Source of the DNA: Lama guanicoe
Taxonomy: Eukaryota
DNA length: 64,000 bases
Assembly (NCBI GenBank): GCA_013239625.1
Contig: MU054187.1
Span: 22,695,280-22,759,279, forward strand
Direction: 5' to 3'
Below, in pieces: positions 12,864 to 25,565 of this stretch. The position numbers and the translations under genes are program-made. The first letter of the stretch is position 1. Every line of letters starts with the position of its first letter. The notes under the pieces are model-generated. The model was not told the origin of the DNA, ran no database searches, and saw only the letters and a list, made by a program, of their open reading frames with translations.

Positions 12864-13016
12864 GGGGGGAGGGTATAATTCAGTGATAGCGTGCATGCTT
12901 AGCATGGACGAGGTCCTGGGTTCAATCCCCCGTGCCTCCGTTAAATATAAAAACAAACAAACAAACAAAACTAACTACCTCCTCCCCTAAGCATTTTTCA
13001 AAAAATATTTAAAAAC
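12864..13016 (+). mobile_element. tRNA-Ala-derived SINE (camelid Vic-1 type), full length
   Basis: ggggggagggtataattcagtgatagcgtgcatgcttagcatggacgaggtcctgggttcaatccccc plus (aaac)n and A-rich tail; TSD aggaag(c/t)gac at 12854-12863 and 13017-13026. Confidence 0.92.
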
Positions 13017-14189
13017 AGGAAGTGACTCTTGAATTCACAACTCAAGATGAAATTTTTGTCTTCTAGATGGACAAGGCATGGAAAATAATCCAGACACAGG
13101 ATGCATATTTAGCAAAAGCCTAAGGTGTGACTGTATATAGGTGAAGGGGAGACTACAGAATGCTTGGAAGGGAAAAGATGTGAGAAGACAAGGCTAATGA
13201 AGAAGGAAGGGAAGAGGATCCTGAGAGTCCTCTAAGCTTGGATAGGGAGTTTGGCATTAATTATAGATACTGTATGTCAGGAACATATTAAACTGAAAAG
13301 CAAGTTAATCAGATGATTTAATTGGAGTCTCACAGTAACCAGATGTGTTAGACGAGGCAGCTATTATTATTCTTATGTTGTTGAACAGGAAATTGATTAA
13401 GTGGCTAGAAAAATATGGATCTCTGGATATATTAGAACTAGTGATACAGCCTTCTGATTTCAGTGAAGCACTTTTGCATCATGTTATGACGTTATCCACA
13501 GATACTTCCGTCACAGTTTTATGTGTATATAAATGCAGATTTATGTGAATAGTGTCTTATCCTGGAGTGTCAGAGAGAGTTTGAATTAGTCTGAGTTGGT
13601 ACTTCTTGATTTAATGGTTATTGACAAACCTGAATTACTTCTGATATTTTGGTTTGAGAATTAACTGTTTAAATGATACTTAAAAATGCAATGTAAATTG
13701 ATTTATTCATTCCTGCGTCTTTTCTTGTAAGACTCAAATAATCTATTTGTGTTTCAAAAGCATGTTGTTTAAATGTCATTTTAAAAGGTTATATTCTGTA
13801 GAGGAAAATAGTTTTAACTTTGTGTCGCTTTTGGTATTTAGCATATTTGAAACCGGAGAAAAACTATTTTTCCTTTACCCACGTTACTGGAAAGAATCGA
13901 TGCAAATAATTCTCCAAATGTGACTTTCAAGATATGTGATGCCAGTAGGCTTCTTGACTGATATCCATAGATTACGGCATCAGAGTGGCACGGGATATAG
14001 CCAAGAGTTGCTCTACCCATGTCTAGTCTGAGTGCCTCTCCAGTATTCATGTTTCTGAAGGAAGACAACTCTTTAAGGAGTTTCTGCTCTATTTATCTTC
14101 TATCTAACATCCCTTTATCCTGTGGCTAAAGAATAGGAAAAGCTGATTCAACTAATATTCCTCCTGTTTTGAAGTGATATCACCTAGCG

Positions 14190-14370
14190 ATTTAGCGCTT
14201 AGGTGCTGAAGTCAGATAGACCAGGGATCCAACCCAGGCTCTGCAATTTGCTAGTTGTGTGTAAGCAGCAAAATTCTAACAGGACTTCTGGTTATTGTGA
14301 GGATTCAACACAGCAGTGCTTGGAAAGGGACAGCTCCTTGCCTGGCACATAGTAACTGCTGTTAGCTGTT
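14190..14370 (+). mobile_element. MIR SINE
   Basis: gtcagatagaccagggatccaacccaggctctgc...ttgtgaggattcaa...gcctggcacatagtaa. Confidence 0.7.
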
Positions 14371-15148
14371 ACATTCTCCAAGAGAACAACGTATTAGCTA
14401 GTTTTACGTGCTCCGTGGGAAGATAGTCATGACTGGCAAGGGTTAAACATCACTGTAGTGACTTTTCCAGAGAAAAACCCAACAAGGCTAGCTGAGGGAA
14501 GTCCTCAGCTCAACACTGGTGATATTCTTTGTTTCAAAACATGTAAGTAGCTTTCAAAGTGTCAGATTATTCATTTTGACATAAGAATTAGGAAGAAGTC
14601 GAGGACACGCTCATCAAGCCATGCTAAACACGTCCCCCACGTCTCCTCTCCACTGCAAAAACAGTCAGCGTTGATCGGAAAAGAAAGCCAGATTCTCCAA
14701 GGCCAGCATTAAGTAACCTCACTATTTTTTATACTCCAGGCTAATTTAAGTCTGAATCATCAGAGCATGCTATTCTAGCCCCTGAGGGACACTCTTGCTT
14801 AGGTTTGATATCTTTCATCCAGCTCTTTTAGATGAGGAGATAATTGTTGCTCTAGAAACCTTATGTAGTGCTTTTGGGTAAATCTAGTGAATAATTCATG
14901 AACATTGTTCTATAAATAGTTATAAGCAAATATTGATCATGTAATCATCACTTGGACTTCAATCTGTCATAAAAACACAAATTATTAAATGTTTTAAAAA
15001 ATTCACAAATTATTAATGATAATAAATATTGCCACTTAGGAAGTGCCTGCTAGATGCTTTATCTACACTGTCTTTAGTTTGTATAACAAGTGTTGTCTTC
15101 ATTTTATAGAGGACCAGACTTAGGACCTACCAAAAGATTTGCCTAGAG

Positions 15149-15362
15149 CAGGGTTCCTCCACTTTGACAAAACTGAAATTTTAAACTGGATAATTGTATG
15201 TTGTGAAGGGCTGTCCTGAACATTCTAGGACATTTAGCAGCACCTCTGTTCTTTACCCTTTAGGTGCCAGTAGCTTCCCTGTCCTTGACCTATGACAACC
15301 CAAAGTATCTTCAGACATTCCCGTTGTCCCAAGTGCAAACTGCCCCCCGCTGAGAACTCCTG
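15149..15362. mobile_element. MER20 hAT DNA transposon
   Basis: cagggttcctc...gagaactcctg termini, internal gggctgtcctgaacattctaggacatttagcagc; 8-bp TSD g(c/t)ctagag. Confidence 0.88.
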
Positions 15363-15751
15363 GTCTAGAGAGATTACTGTTACAACGTAGTTTGCTAAGA
15401 CCAGGATGTTTGACCTTCTCTGTTAAAACTAGATCACATAACCTGTCTAATCCTTGAGAAGAGATTTCATTTTGGATGATGGTAGAAGTGAAAATCAGCA
15501 AGAAACAGTCTTACTTAGCTTTTCCAAATCATATTAGAATCTTTCAAGTATCTATTAAGCAATAACGCAACTATGTACAGTGTATATAAAATGAGGGGGA
15601 TAAACCCAATGGGAAACAGTCCATAACTGTCGGTAGCAGATGGTAGGAGGTAAAGCTGTGGAGCAGCCACATGTCACAGTGTTTATGAAAATCCATCACC
15701 AGACAAGAAACAAGGAGAATCAAGGCTGATTTAGGAACGGAGGGAGCGTAC

Positions 15752-15862
15752 CTGTGTCGCAGGTCGCGGGGGCTCACTGCGCGTGCCAGGGCCTCGTTTG
15801 CTTTCATCATTCCCTTCACTTGGCTTCACCTTGTTGAATTTTATTGTCAGCGATTTCAGCAT
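15752..15862 (-). CDS. CNGB3: CNGB3 coding exon 1 (start codon, 37 codons)
   Basis: ATG at 15862; MLKSLTIKFNKVKPSEGNDESKRGPGTRSEPPRPATQ matches recalled CNGB3 N-termini (mouse MLKSLTVKFNKV, human MFKSLTKVNKVKP); phase-0 donor CAG|gtacgc. Confidence 0.95.
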
Positions 15863-16040
15863 CTCTGAGGTGGTTCTGAAAACTTCTGTTTTTATGACTC
15901 CGTGTCTCGAGAGAGAGAAATGTACTTTGCTTTGCTTTTCATTAGGAGACAAGCCAATTAGTCATTTAATCAGGATTTTGTTCTGGTTAATTCCTCCAGG
16001 CAACTCTCTGACTGGTCAGAGCTTTGGCTTAAAAGCAGCA
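15863..16040 (-). promoter_or_regulatory. CNGB3 5'UTR/proximal promoter with CRX/OTX-type sites
   Basis: Directly upstream of the ATG: TAATCA at 15967-15972 and GGCTTA (TAAGCC) at 16026-16031; a CTAATCC site also lies in intron 1 at 15447-15453. CRX control of photoreceptor genes is established; function of these sites is inferred. Confidence 0.6.
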
Positions 16041-16186
16041 AATTACTTCTGGACAATCTGAATTCTGTTTATGAACTTTAGAGAGTCAGAAATGCCCCCG
16101 TGAATAATTTATAGGTGAGGAGTAAACTAAAGGTTTTGATTTGAATTGTTTAGATGATTGTTTGAATGTGATCACATTGCCCGTTG

Positions 16187-16260
16187 TTTCCTTTCTTTCC
16201 TTCTTTCTTGCTCTCTTTCTTTTCTTTCTCTCCTTCCTTCCTTCCTCCTTCTTTCTTTCT
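16187..16260. repeat. CT-rich microsatellite (TTTC/TTCC)
   Basis: Direct reading. Confidence 0.85.
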
Positions 16261-16553
16261 ATCTAACTTTTGTCAGTAATACATGAAAATAATTAAAAAA
16301 AAAAAGTACCTAAGGGCTTAAGTAACCCTTCCAAAGTCCTCATCTCTAGTTCTGCACTGTGAAGTAACTACTCTTACCTTTTTCAGTTTTTTAGTGATCC
16401 TGTTTTTTTTAATTAGTATTTTATAATTTGATTAGCTTAATTAAATTCTTAGAAAATATAATGAAAAATGAGACATACTGCTTCCCACCCCCAGTAGCTC
16501 AAGCATCTATCTCAGGTTTATAATGATGATCACGTTGAATTAAGCAAAGAGAG

Positions 16554-16964
16554 TGTCTTGGTTTGCTCGGGCTACCATCACAGGGCACCACAGACAGGGA
16601 GGCTTAAACAGATTTCATTTATTTCCTCACAGTTCTGGGGGCTGCACGTCTGAGACCAGGTGTCAGCATGGTTGCGTCTTCTGAAGACTGTAAGTAAAGC
16701 CATGGGAGCAAGTCTCTGTCCTTGGCTCGTAGATGGTCATCCTCTCCCTGTGTCCTCACAGTGTCTGCGCTCTGTGCATGTCTGTGTCCAAATTCCCTCT
16801 TCTAATAAGGACAGCCTTTATATTAGATTAAGGCCCACCTCACTGACCTCATTTTACCTTACCTATTAAAAGACTCTGTCTTCAGATATGGTCACAGTTT
16901 GAGGCATGGCAGGGATTAGAACTGCAACGTGAATTTTTGAGGGCACACTGTTCAGCCCATAAGA
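16554..16964 (-). mobile_element. MaLR solo LTR (MLT1A/B-like)
   Basis: tgtcttggtttgctcgggctaccatcacag...ctcacagttctggggg...gggcacactgttcagcccataa. Confidence 0.85.
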
Positions 16965-18664
16965 AAGAGACTTATGTTTGATGAACATCACTTTAGGGGA
17001 AATGTATTTCATTGCTCAGGAGCAATTTATTTCAACATTTCTTACAAGTTTATTATTTTCTTACAAATGGCTGAAATATTCTGAAAGCTATATATGTGCT
17101 TCTTAGTTTTTCTAGTATGTCTCAATAACTCTATTGCATTATTAATTTCATAAATTGTAAAAAATATGTATATTTCTCCAGCATGAAATTTTTTTTTCTC
17201 ATTCACACCATTTAGCCAATAAGGCTAAACTCCTTGAAGGAGAGCACCACACATCACTTATTTTATCCCCACGGAGCCTTTATATAGAATGGAAACTCAA
17301 GCCTCTGCTGAATAGAATTTAATTGAAAGCCCTTTAAGAGATCTGACAACTCTAGTCCTCACTTATACCTCCGTTTTAATTCAAAACTAATTAAATATAT
17401 TACACTTGCAGCATTTAAATTTATGCATTTCTTGAATACGCGGCACCACAATGTGCCATTTCTTTAACTATTGTTTTTCTACATCTGTGTTGTCTCCCTA
17501 AATAGATCGAAAGGTCATTACCCTCAGAACCTTTGCTGTCACTTCTCCTAATTATCACCTTGTCATCTAATCCAGTATCCTTTCATTGTATGTGTATCAT
17601 TTTAAACAGAAGTGTAGAATATCCTGGTTAACAGGCAAATGGTGAAAGAAATATTAGAGTTTTTGAAAAAAATATTAAGAGCTTTGAGAAACTCAAAATC
17701 TTGTAAAAGAGCTAAGTCATCAAAGTCTACATCAGAGGTCTATGAAACTGTAGTAATGAGATCACCTCTTTCTTTTTGGAAGTTCAAGATCAGGAGAGAA
17801 ATAGAAGAAGGTGGGATCACCATCTCTAGGAGCACCATGGGACTGTCATTTCCATCCTGGTCGTGACATGTCTTCCACATGCAAGGAGACCGCAGTGGGA
17901 GACAGTATTCTGATGATTGAAATATAGGTGGTTATCACATCCATATTACATATGGGAGAGAATAGGACCCGAGATAACCCCTGACTGTCTGCACACCTTA
18001 GCGCTACATGCCTCCCTACCCCAAATAGCAACCCCAAATTTGGAATTGCTACTTTTTGTCACAAACTAAGTTATTCTTCACAATCCATCTTCCGGTACTC
18101 TAGGTCTAAACACACAAATAACTATAGACAACCAGTTCTTACCGTCAGTAGATTTTTCTTGCAGAATATCTCAGAGACCCAGCTGGACCGTCAGGATTCA
18201 GTTCCTTCTACAGCACAGAATGGAAAGTCATGGTATTAGCCTTCAGCCATTTAGCTCTTTAAAAAATATCAAACATTTTTTAAAACAGATAAAATAAGTA
18301 TTTCAATTGCAAAAATTTGCTCTGCTCTTCCAAAAAGAATTGAAATAATTTACATAATAGAAAATGCTCTTTCCATGACATGAAAATACTTTAAAAGTGA
18401 GGTTTTGCTTACTGCATGGAGTCCCGAGGACTCCTGAAACATTAAAATACATTGAATTAATTAAATTTTACTTATTTCTCTGGTTAATAAACATTTTCTA
18501 TAAACGTAAAAATGTTACTTGAAAAGAAATCCAGGATCGCAGGTGGGGACATAAAAATACTTGCCTATTTTGACAAGAAATTGTTAATGTTCAGTCCTAT
18601 TTATTGGTGGACTTTTCTTAATTTGCCTTATTTTAAAAAGTAAAATGGATTTAAAATACTTCAT

Positions 18665-18875
18665 TTTTTCCCCAGCTTTATTGAGATACACTTACATATC
18701 AGGTGTACAATATGATGATTTCATATTCTCATATTTTGCACAATGTTTACTACAATAAAGTTAGACACCACATCCTTCACCTCATATGATTACTATTTTG
18801 CTGTGTTGTATGGTGAGAACATTTAAGCTCTACTCTCACAGCAACTTAATAATTCAGTATTGCTAATTACAGTTA
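18665..18875 (-). mobile_element. Older L1 3' end fragment
   Basis: cagctttattgagatacac...gtgtacaatatgatgatt...atggtgagaacatttaag. Confidence 0.75.
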
Positions 18876-20667
18876 CTTCTGCTGGTTATTTCTACGTTGC
18901 TAAAAAAAGATCTGCTTATTCTTCTTTTTGTATGTGTGTAAATTTGGACCCCAAACCTGTGTGAGGCACAGGTTCAACGTTAAGAATTGTTAAGGAGAAC
19001 TTTGCTTTCCTACCCAGGGCCCAGACAAACTTCCTTAATACTCTGTGCTGTTGGATTGATTATTTTTTCAGTCCCCTAAGGATGCTGTTTTTTTTTAGGA
19101 GGTCTTGTCTTTGTTTTTGTTTTTAGTGGGAGCACTTTTGTTGTGTGAGTCCCAATGAAAACCAGAGCATTTCAGCACCAAGACCACCCTTCATATCCCC
19201 CACACCAAGGGCAGCCTGAGTTAACGCATCAAATACTTCTTTCCTCTGTATTTTTGCAATGTAGGGATTTCCTTAAGGTAAGAGTTACGCATTTTGAAGT
19301 ATATTATAGAAAAAGTACACAGGAAAAAAACTTTTAAAAGAAATTAATTTTAGAATCAATCATTTCATGAAAAAGAAACTTGTATAATAAAACAACTTGA
19401 TTGATTATGAATATAATTCAATTTGAATGTCCTAGAAATACAAAATTACTTAGCTTTGTTCAAAGAAGTTTGCTCTTTACTTTAAGAGGCAAAGTTTTCT
19501 TTTGGGTTACATTGTTACTTCAGAAATAATTCTGAATGAATTATCAAATATGTATGGAGTCATTTCAGATAATCTCAGGTAATCTCAGATAACCACAGGC
19601 TTCTCAGACAATCTTCTAAGCCTACAGTTGATCATATTTTTGAGCTTAGGATATAAACATCAAAGCCAAGTCATGAGAAGGAAAGGTTAACAGCGAGCTT
19701 ATGACTGATTCTTTCCCTTCACAGGACCATCAGAGGAATAAATGGCCTCCCCAGACCTCCTTATAAGCCTTATCCTAGTATTTACCAGTTGAAAATTATC
19801 AGGGAATTCCCCGTGTATGAAATGTATTTAATAGGACATTATTGGTCTGGCTAGATTGCTTATTGCAGATGAATCTGGGATGTGTGGATTTCTGGGATGT
19901 GGCTGGCTGGAAATTGGGGAAGGGAGTAGCACGTAAGCTTTGTAAAGAAGTGTGAAGTGGAGATATCCTCAGACCAAACTGCCTTTCTTTCATGAGAAAT
20001 GCTTTTTGCATATTATGCTTAAAGACTCCTTATACATCTGAAACCAAAATGTGCCAAAGTGCATGAAAAGTGGACAGTTTGGGATGCTGTGTAACAGTTT
20101 TGGGGTTTTCCCCAAAAGGATATTTTGTCTAAGTCTGATAGTAGCCTGTATCTGCTGAATCATTAGTCACTTTTTTTTTAAATTGAATTACAGTTAGTTA
20201 ACTTAAAAAAAATTTTTTTTTTTTAACATTCATTAGTCACGTTTGGTGCAAGGTAAGCTCTGTGGTTTTAGAGCATCTGCTTTGTCAATTAAACCCTTAG
20301 GATTTCATCACACATAACATAGATATTAATTCAAGCATCTTTAAATAAATTTCTGTTATTTAAACTTTAATTCATTTTAGTTGTCAGTTAATTCAGTTTT
20401 GGTGGATTTCTGATGGATAATAACATCACATGTAAGAGGCTTTGGCATCATATTTTTAAAACTGTAAGAATACATTTTTTTCAAAGAAAACCAAGGTAAA
20501 TCATGTTACATACAAGATGATATCTTTTAGAAATTATTTCACTGTTTTTTGATTCCAGGAAAATGCTGGAGGGGAGAGGGTGGTGGGGAGAAGGTAAGAG
20601 ATTTTGGCCACTTTTCCTAGATGGGGATGGAGGAAGCACAAGGCTGGCACCCCCCTCCCCCACTTAC

Positions 20668-21045
20668 CCTAAGCATGGCCAGCCCTTCAGGGCCCTAGGC
20701 TGGGGCTCAAGTCCACGAAGTGGGCGGGGCCTGGGAAAGGGGCGGGGATGGGGTAGGCTCTCCCGGGTGCGCTGTACAAACTGGGGCCGCGGGAGCTTCT
20801 GGGGGCCCTTTCCATGGCTGGCGCGCGTGCGCGGGAGGGCGCCAGCCTGCGCCTTGACATTTAGGAGACAGACGGCCGTGGCGCGTTAAGGGCCAGTGTG
20901 GCCCGGCGTTTTAGTTCCGGCATGATTACCATCGCAAGCAAGCTCAAACACTCCCATTGAAGAGTGATTCTGAAGGGGGAGGGCTTCCTAATAGTTCTAA
21001 AATCACGGCTTCCTCTGCTTCTGAGACGGGGCATGGGTTGGCGCT
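20668..21045. promoter_or_regulatory. Small CpG-rich promoter-like element
   Basis: Local CpG cluster in an AT-rich background; two GGGCGGGG GC boxes (~20722, ~20740), NRF1-like GCGCGTGCGC at 20823-20832, minus-strand donor AGG|GTAAGT at 20668/20667. Confidence 0.65.
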
Positions 21046-23974
21046 TTCTTTTAAAATTTATCTTATTTTTTCTGGCAGACTGTTGGAAACAAACTACAAA
21101 ACCAACTAAGGTTGTATTTCCCCCTATGTCTATCAAAGAAAGTAACATTTAGATAATTTTTGAGGTCACTCTGAGTTAAATTCAAATAATCTGTATATTA
21201 TTTCACTAGGAGAACACCAACCACTAAGTTATAAAGGGCACAGCTGGTTTACGTAGATACCCTCAAGCAGTGACTTGAATGGAAACAACCAAAAGGTTTG
21301 TCTTTCCAGGTTTTGGGGGAAGTTCTATTTTTGGATAAACTGATATTAAGTCTGAACTTTGACCAAGTCCTGAAAAATTCACTGTACTGAATACATTATA
21401 TTTAGTGAAGCAGGAAAATTATGAGCATTTTTTTTCAATTACAAGACTTTAGAGGTAACAGTAATGGGCACGTTGTCAGGCCACCTGTAAAGGCGGTTTT
21501 GACCTTCACCTGTAAAGTAGAAGATAGATCCAAATTTTAGGGATTTGGAAAGATTACAAAAGATAATGAATAAGATGACATATAAAGAGTATCTGGTAAA
21601 ATTAAAGTGCTGAACAAATATTTGTTACTTGATTGAATAAAACAATTTGTGTTTCTGGAGAGCACTAGGGGTTAAAATGCTCTGTTTACTGAAGTGTGTG
21701 ATTTTACCAAGCAATAAACATTTGAGTAACTGTATTTCGGCTGCTCTGCTAGCTGTTGAGGGGGTGTATAGAGATGACCAACATATGCTTGACACACTCA
21801 GATTCTTGAGGGAGAGATGTATAAGTGATCACAATTCACCTTTTATAATGGACAGATGTGAGTAATGTTATAATACGCGGAAGAGCATGTGACTGAGTCT
21901 GCCTAGGTGTGAGTGGGCGGTAAAGTGCAGAGTAAATCTTTGCAGGGGAGTTATTGCCCACAATGGGTTTAAAGGAGGAGGAATTCACTGAGCAGACGTG
22001 GAAGGATAGGACATTCCGGACACTGAGACAGCGTGGAGTTAATTAAGGTGTTACAGTAAGTGGCAGCTAATGTGGCCAGCATATTGCTCTTAGTAGACAC
22101 GTAACAAGGCTTCATTAAACTATTGGTGAGTATTAACAATAAATATGAATATATACACAATTTTCTTTACATTAAATGTTAACCATAGTCCATATCATTT
22201 CCAAAAGGGACAAAAGACGCTAATTTTATGTTCTTTTCATTTTTGTAGGGTTAGTAAAACATTAAGTTCAAAAAATACATATTCAAAGAAAACATCCCAA
22301 TATGTTTTCCTTGAGTTGATGACATTGACTATTTAATGATCTTACAAAGTAGATTTATAGCAACTTAACTTAGAGAAAAATTTCCATCATAAAATATGTA
22401 TAACGCTGTTAGAAATATTTGCCAGTGTGATTTTATGTGATGACAAATTTAGAGTAGGTATTTTTTTTCCATTCACCTGTGGGTGTAATGGGACTAGATG
22501 TAATGTAACTGAGCTCACATGAAGAATTTCTGAAACTGAAAGGGATTTTAAATACAGAATTTCAGTGAGCAGAAATGCTCTCTGTTTCTCTGATTATAAT
22601 ATTTGCAATGCTTTTAATTTATAAGTAAAATGCGTGAGCAGCAAATGTAACAGATATTAAGGGTAAAAATGCCTTCAGGAAATTTTTAATGACTAGTGGC
22701 ACTGTGACTAATGAACCCTATATTGGTTTAGACTGTGACTAACAGAATAAATGTTTTGAAAAAAATCCTTATGTTCATATTTTATAAACAGTAATCAGGT
22801 CGTGATGGATTTGTTATGTGAGTATGGATGGGGTGACTATGTGAAGTTCCCTCATTCTTTTACAGTCTCTTACAAAGTTGATTAGCCTGTTTCAGTATTT
22901 GGTTCCAATTATGGACTATCATTGCTTATTTATTTATTTTTTATCACCAAGAGAGCTAACTGAAAGCACTTTAGTTAATTGACCGGCACGATCTACTGTT
23001 ATGTAAGGAGATTAATAGTGCACTTCATGACGAAGATCGCCTATATACAACCAGCTCCCTAGCTAAGCTGCTTTTAACTGGATTTTTTTGGTTTTTATAT
23101 TCTAAATTTATCGATGATCTAAACCTAGTATTTTAGGAATTTCTGAGCTATACCAGTATGTTCTTAATTCTCATAAAAATACATCCAGCTACTAGCAAAA
23201 GTGGGGGTTGGCTTTTGACTAATAGCTGTTGTTTATCTCAATATTGAAAGCAAATGTATTAATCCTTGACCTAATGTGAGGATATTACTACTTTTTAACA
23301 CTCAAACTTAGAATGGTGAAAACTTTACTGGTCTCTTAGGTTTGAGGGATGAACGTAATTACACAGTAATTTGAAAATCTGAAAATGATGATTAGTTCTT
23401 TGTTTAGAAGCCAGAATCCATTTCATCCTTGGCTTTTAGCCTCCTGGTTCCTAGTTTGCTGGATATTTAATTTAAACTGTCTTGTATTCGCTATGATGAA
23501 CCTACTTAAAAGCAAACTTAACTGCTTTGCCACCAAACTAGCAGCGTCTTCTGACTCCCTGTTTTGTTCAGGGCACTGTCAGTCCTTCAGTTTCTTCCCT
23601 TATCCTGATTATATGAATTATTTACTTGCTTCTTTGACTCTTCCTTTACTGCTTCTGCTCCTATCCTGTCTTCTTCATTCCCATTTTCACCAGCATCAAG
23701 CTCTTAGAGAGTGCTGTTGAATTAACTCCTGGGTTGGCCAGAGGAAGCTGTTAGCAGTGTGTTCAGAGTCTGGATGGCTAGCCTGTGAATGTGGAGGAGG
23801 TAGAAGCCCGCCCCAGAAAGACAGCGTGGAGTCCAGCAGGGCAGCTGTTGGAGCAATGTTGTCCATGTGTTCCTGTAATTTCAAAGAAGCCACTGGATTC
23901 ACTGAATACAAGTTCTAAAATTGACTTATAAGTATCTCTCATGTTGAATCTCCCAACACACTCACTAGAAATTT

Positions 23975-24480
23975 AAAAGAAACTCATTTTGAAATAATAT
24001 TAAATTTATAGAAAATTGCAAGAACGCTGCAAAGAAATCAGTGTCTGCTTCATTAAGGTTCCCCAACTGGAACACATTTTACAATTTCGTTAAGGCTCTC
24101 TCTCTGTCTCACTATTTCTCTGTATATCTACTAATTATCATTAGTCTTTTACTGAACCTTTTGAGTGCGAACTGCAAACCCGATGCCTCATCACTCCTAA
24201 GAATTCCAGTGTGTGTTTCCCAAACAAAGCCTGTCTCCGACACGACCACAGTTCAATTGGCTGGGGACTCAACATTGATACAACACTGCCACCCAGTCCA
24301 CAGACTGCTTAAATTCTGCCGACTGTCTCAGCCATTTCCCCATCCTTCCTGGTCCAGGGTCCATACAGGATCACGTGCTGCATTTAATTGTCATGAATCT
24401 TCAGTCTCTTTCCATCTGGAATAAGTCCTCTGTCTTCCTGTCTTTCATGACCTTGATAGTTTAAAAAAGTACCAGCTTGC
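23975..24480 (-). mobile_element. Old L1M 3' fragment
   Basis: ttttgaaataatattaaatttatagaaaattgcaa...gtccagggtccatacaggatcacgtgctgcatttaattgtcatg. Confidence 0.7.
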
Positions 24481-25565
24481 ACCATCTATTTTATACAACC
24501 TTGTGCAATTAATATTTCTAACAAGTTTAATTGGATCTCTCAGATACCACCAGTCCAAATCCTACACTGGCTTTCTTACGCTTAAGGGGTGAGTTTGGAG
24601 GTCAAGGAGTTTCCAAATGTTGCTTGTGTCACTCATGCCATTTGTCAGATATTGCTGCAAATATGCTTGCGTTCATCTATTTGTTGATTCATGGAGTCAT
24701 TTGTTCATTCATTAAATAGTTCGGTAAACATAATAATCAGACACATTGAAGGCCAGTCACCTTATGTGTGTTATTTCACTTTATGCTCATAATACCTTAT
24801 CAGATAGGTTTCATTATTGCCTCAACAGTCAGATAAAAAATTGAAACATACAAGAGTCAATTTGCCAAAAGTTATATAGTTAATAAACAGCAAAGCTGGG
24901 GCTCTGAATCCAAAGCTTTAATGCTTTCAAAAACTTATTTACTGAGCATTGGAGATGTAGGTACCGAGACACTCTATTTTCCCCAAACTCGCAGCTTAGT
25001 GGAGAATACAGGCATGCAGTTGAACAGTGTAAGTATTTAGATGTAGGGAATATAATTCATCCATTCTGAGCCCTGGCAGTGCCTTATAATATTCAGGTAT
25101 CCAATATGTCCTGTTAAATAAATAATACCAATGGGAAAGAGTTTAAAAACACTCTATTTAATTAGTTAATTATACCTCAAATTTGCCAAATTTCATTTTA
25201 ACTTGAAGTTTGTTCAAGTGGAAGGGTTGTCCCCAGGTGTAGAAGGCTGGATGCGTGCCTCAGGGTGGGGCCACCTCTACTGGTTGTGCGGTTCCTGCTC
25301 CAGACTGTGGAGGGAATGATCCTGAGCCACAGCCTCGCTTAGCATCTTCTCCTGCCCTGCCCTGCTGGCATCACTCTCTTTGTCCTGAGAATGCTCCCCC
25401 AGTAAAGCACTACATTGAATCCCTCTTGACGCTTTGCTTCTGGGCAGTACACCCCATGACAGGTCATACGCCATTTTCTACTTGCACAATTCGAATACAT
25501 GTTGTATTCTTGCATCCCTGCCCTCTGAGTAGTACATGGCTGGGAATCCCTACTCTCTCTCTCTC

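Larger units (their letters stand above)
1916..17730 (-). pseudogene. Candidate decayed CNG/KCNH-superfamily channel unit (6TM + C-linker + CNBD), interleaved with CNGB3 exons 1-2
   Basis: Ordered minus-strand segments, most splice-flanked: S1-like ~17711-17631; S2-S3-like 14054-13879; S4-like 13795-13680; S5/turret-like ~9985-9830; pore/S6-like 9081-8979 plus 8766-~8600; C-linker-like 8542-8406; CNBD-like ~3345-2051. Contains stops and frameshifts. Homology judged by eye. Confidence 0.55.

Noticed and set aside
5671..13016. tRNA-like sequences as functional tRNA genes
   Set aside because: Two are SINEs with tails and TSDs; the third lacks its 3' half.
17640..17740. Minus-strand SDVDFDDLALL, resembling an RTE-type reverse-transcriptase DD motif
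   Set aside because: No correctly spaced upstream RT motif, and another frame of the same DNA fits the S1-like reading. Not fully excluded.
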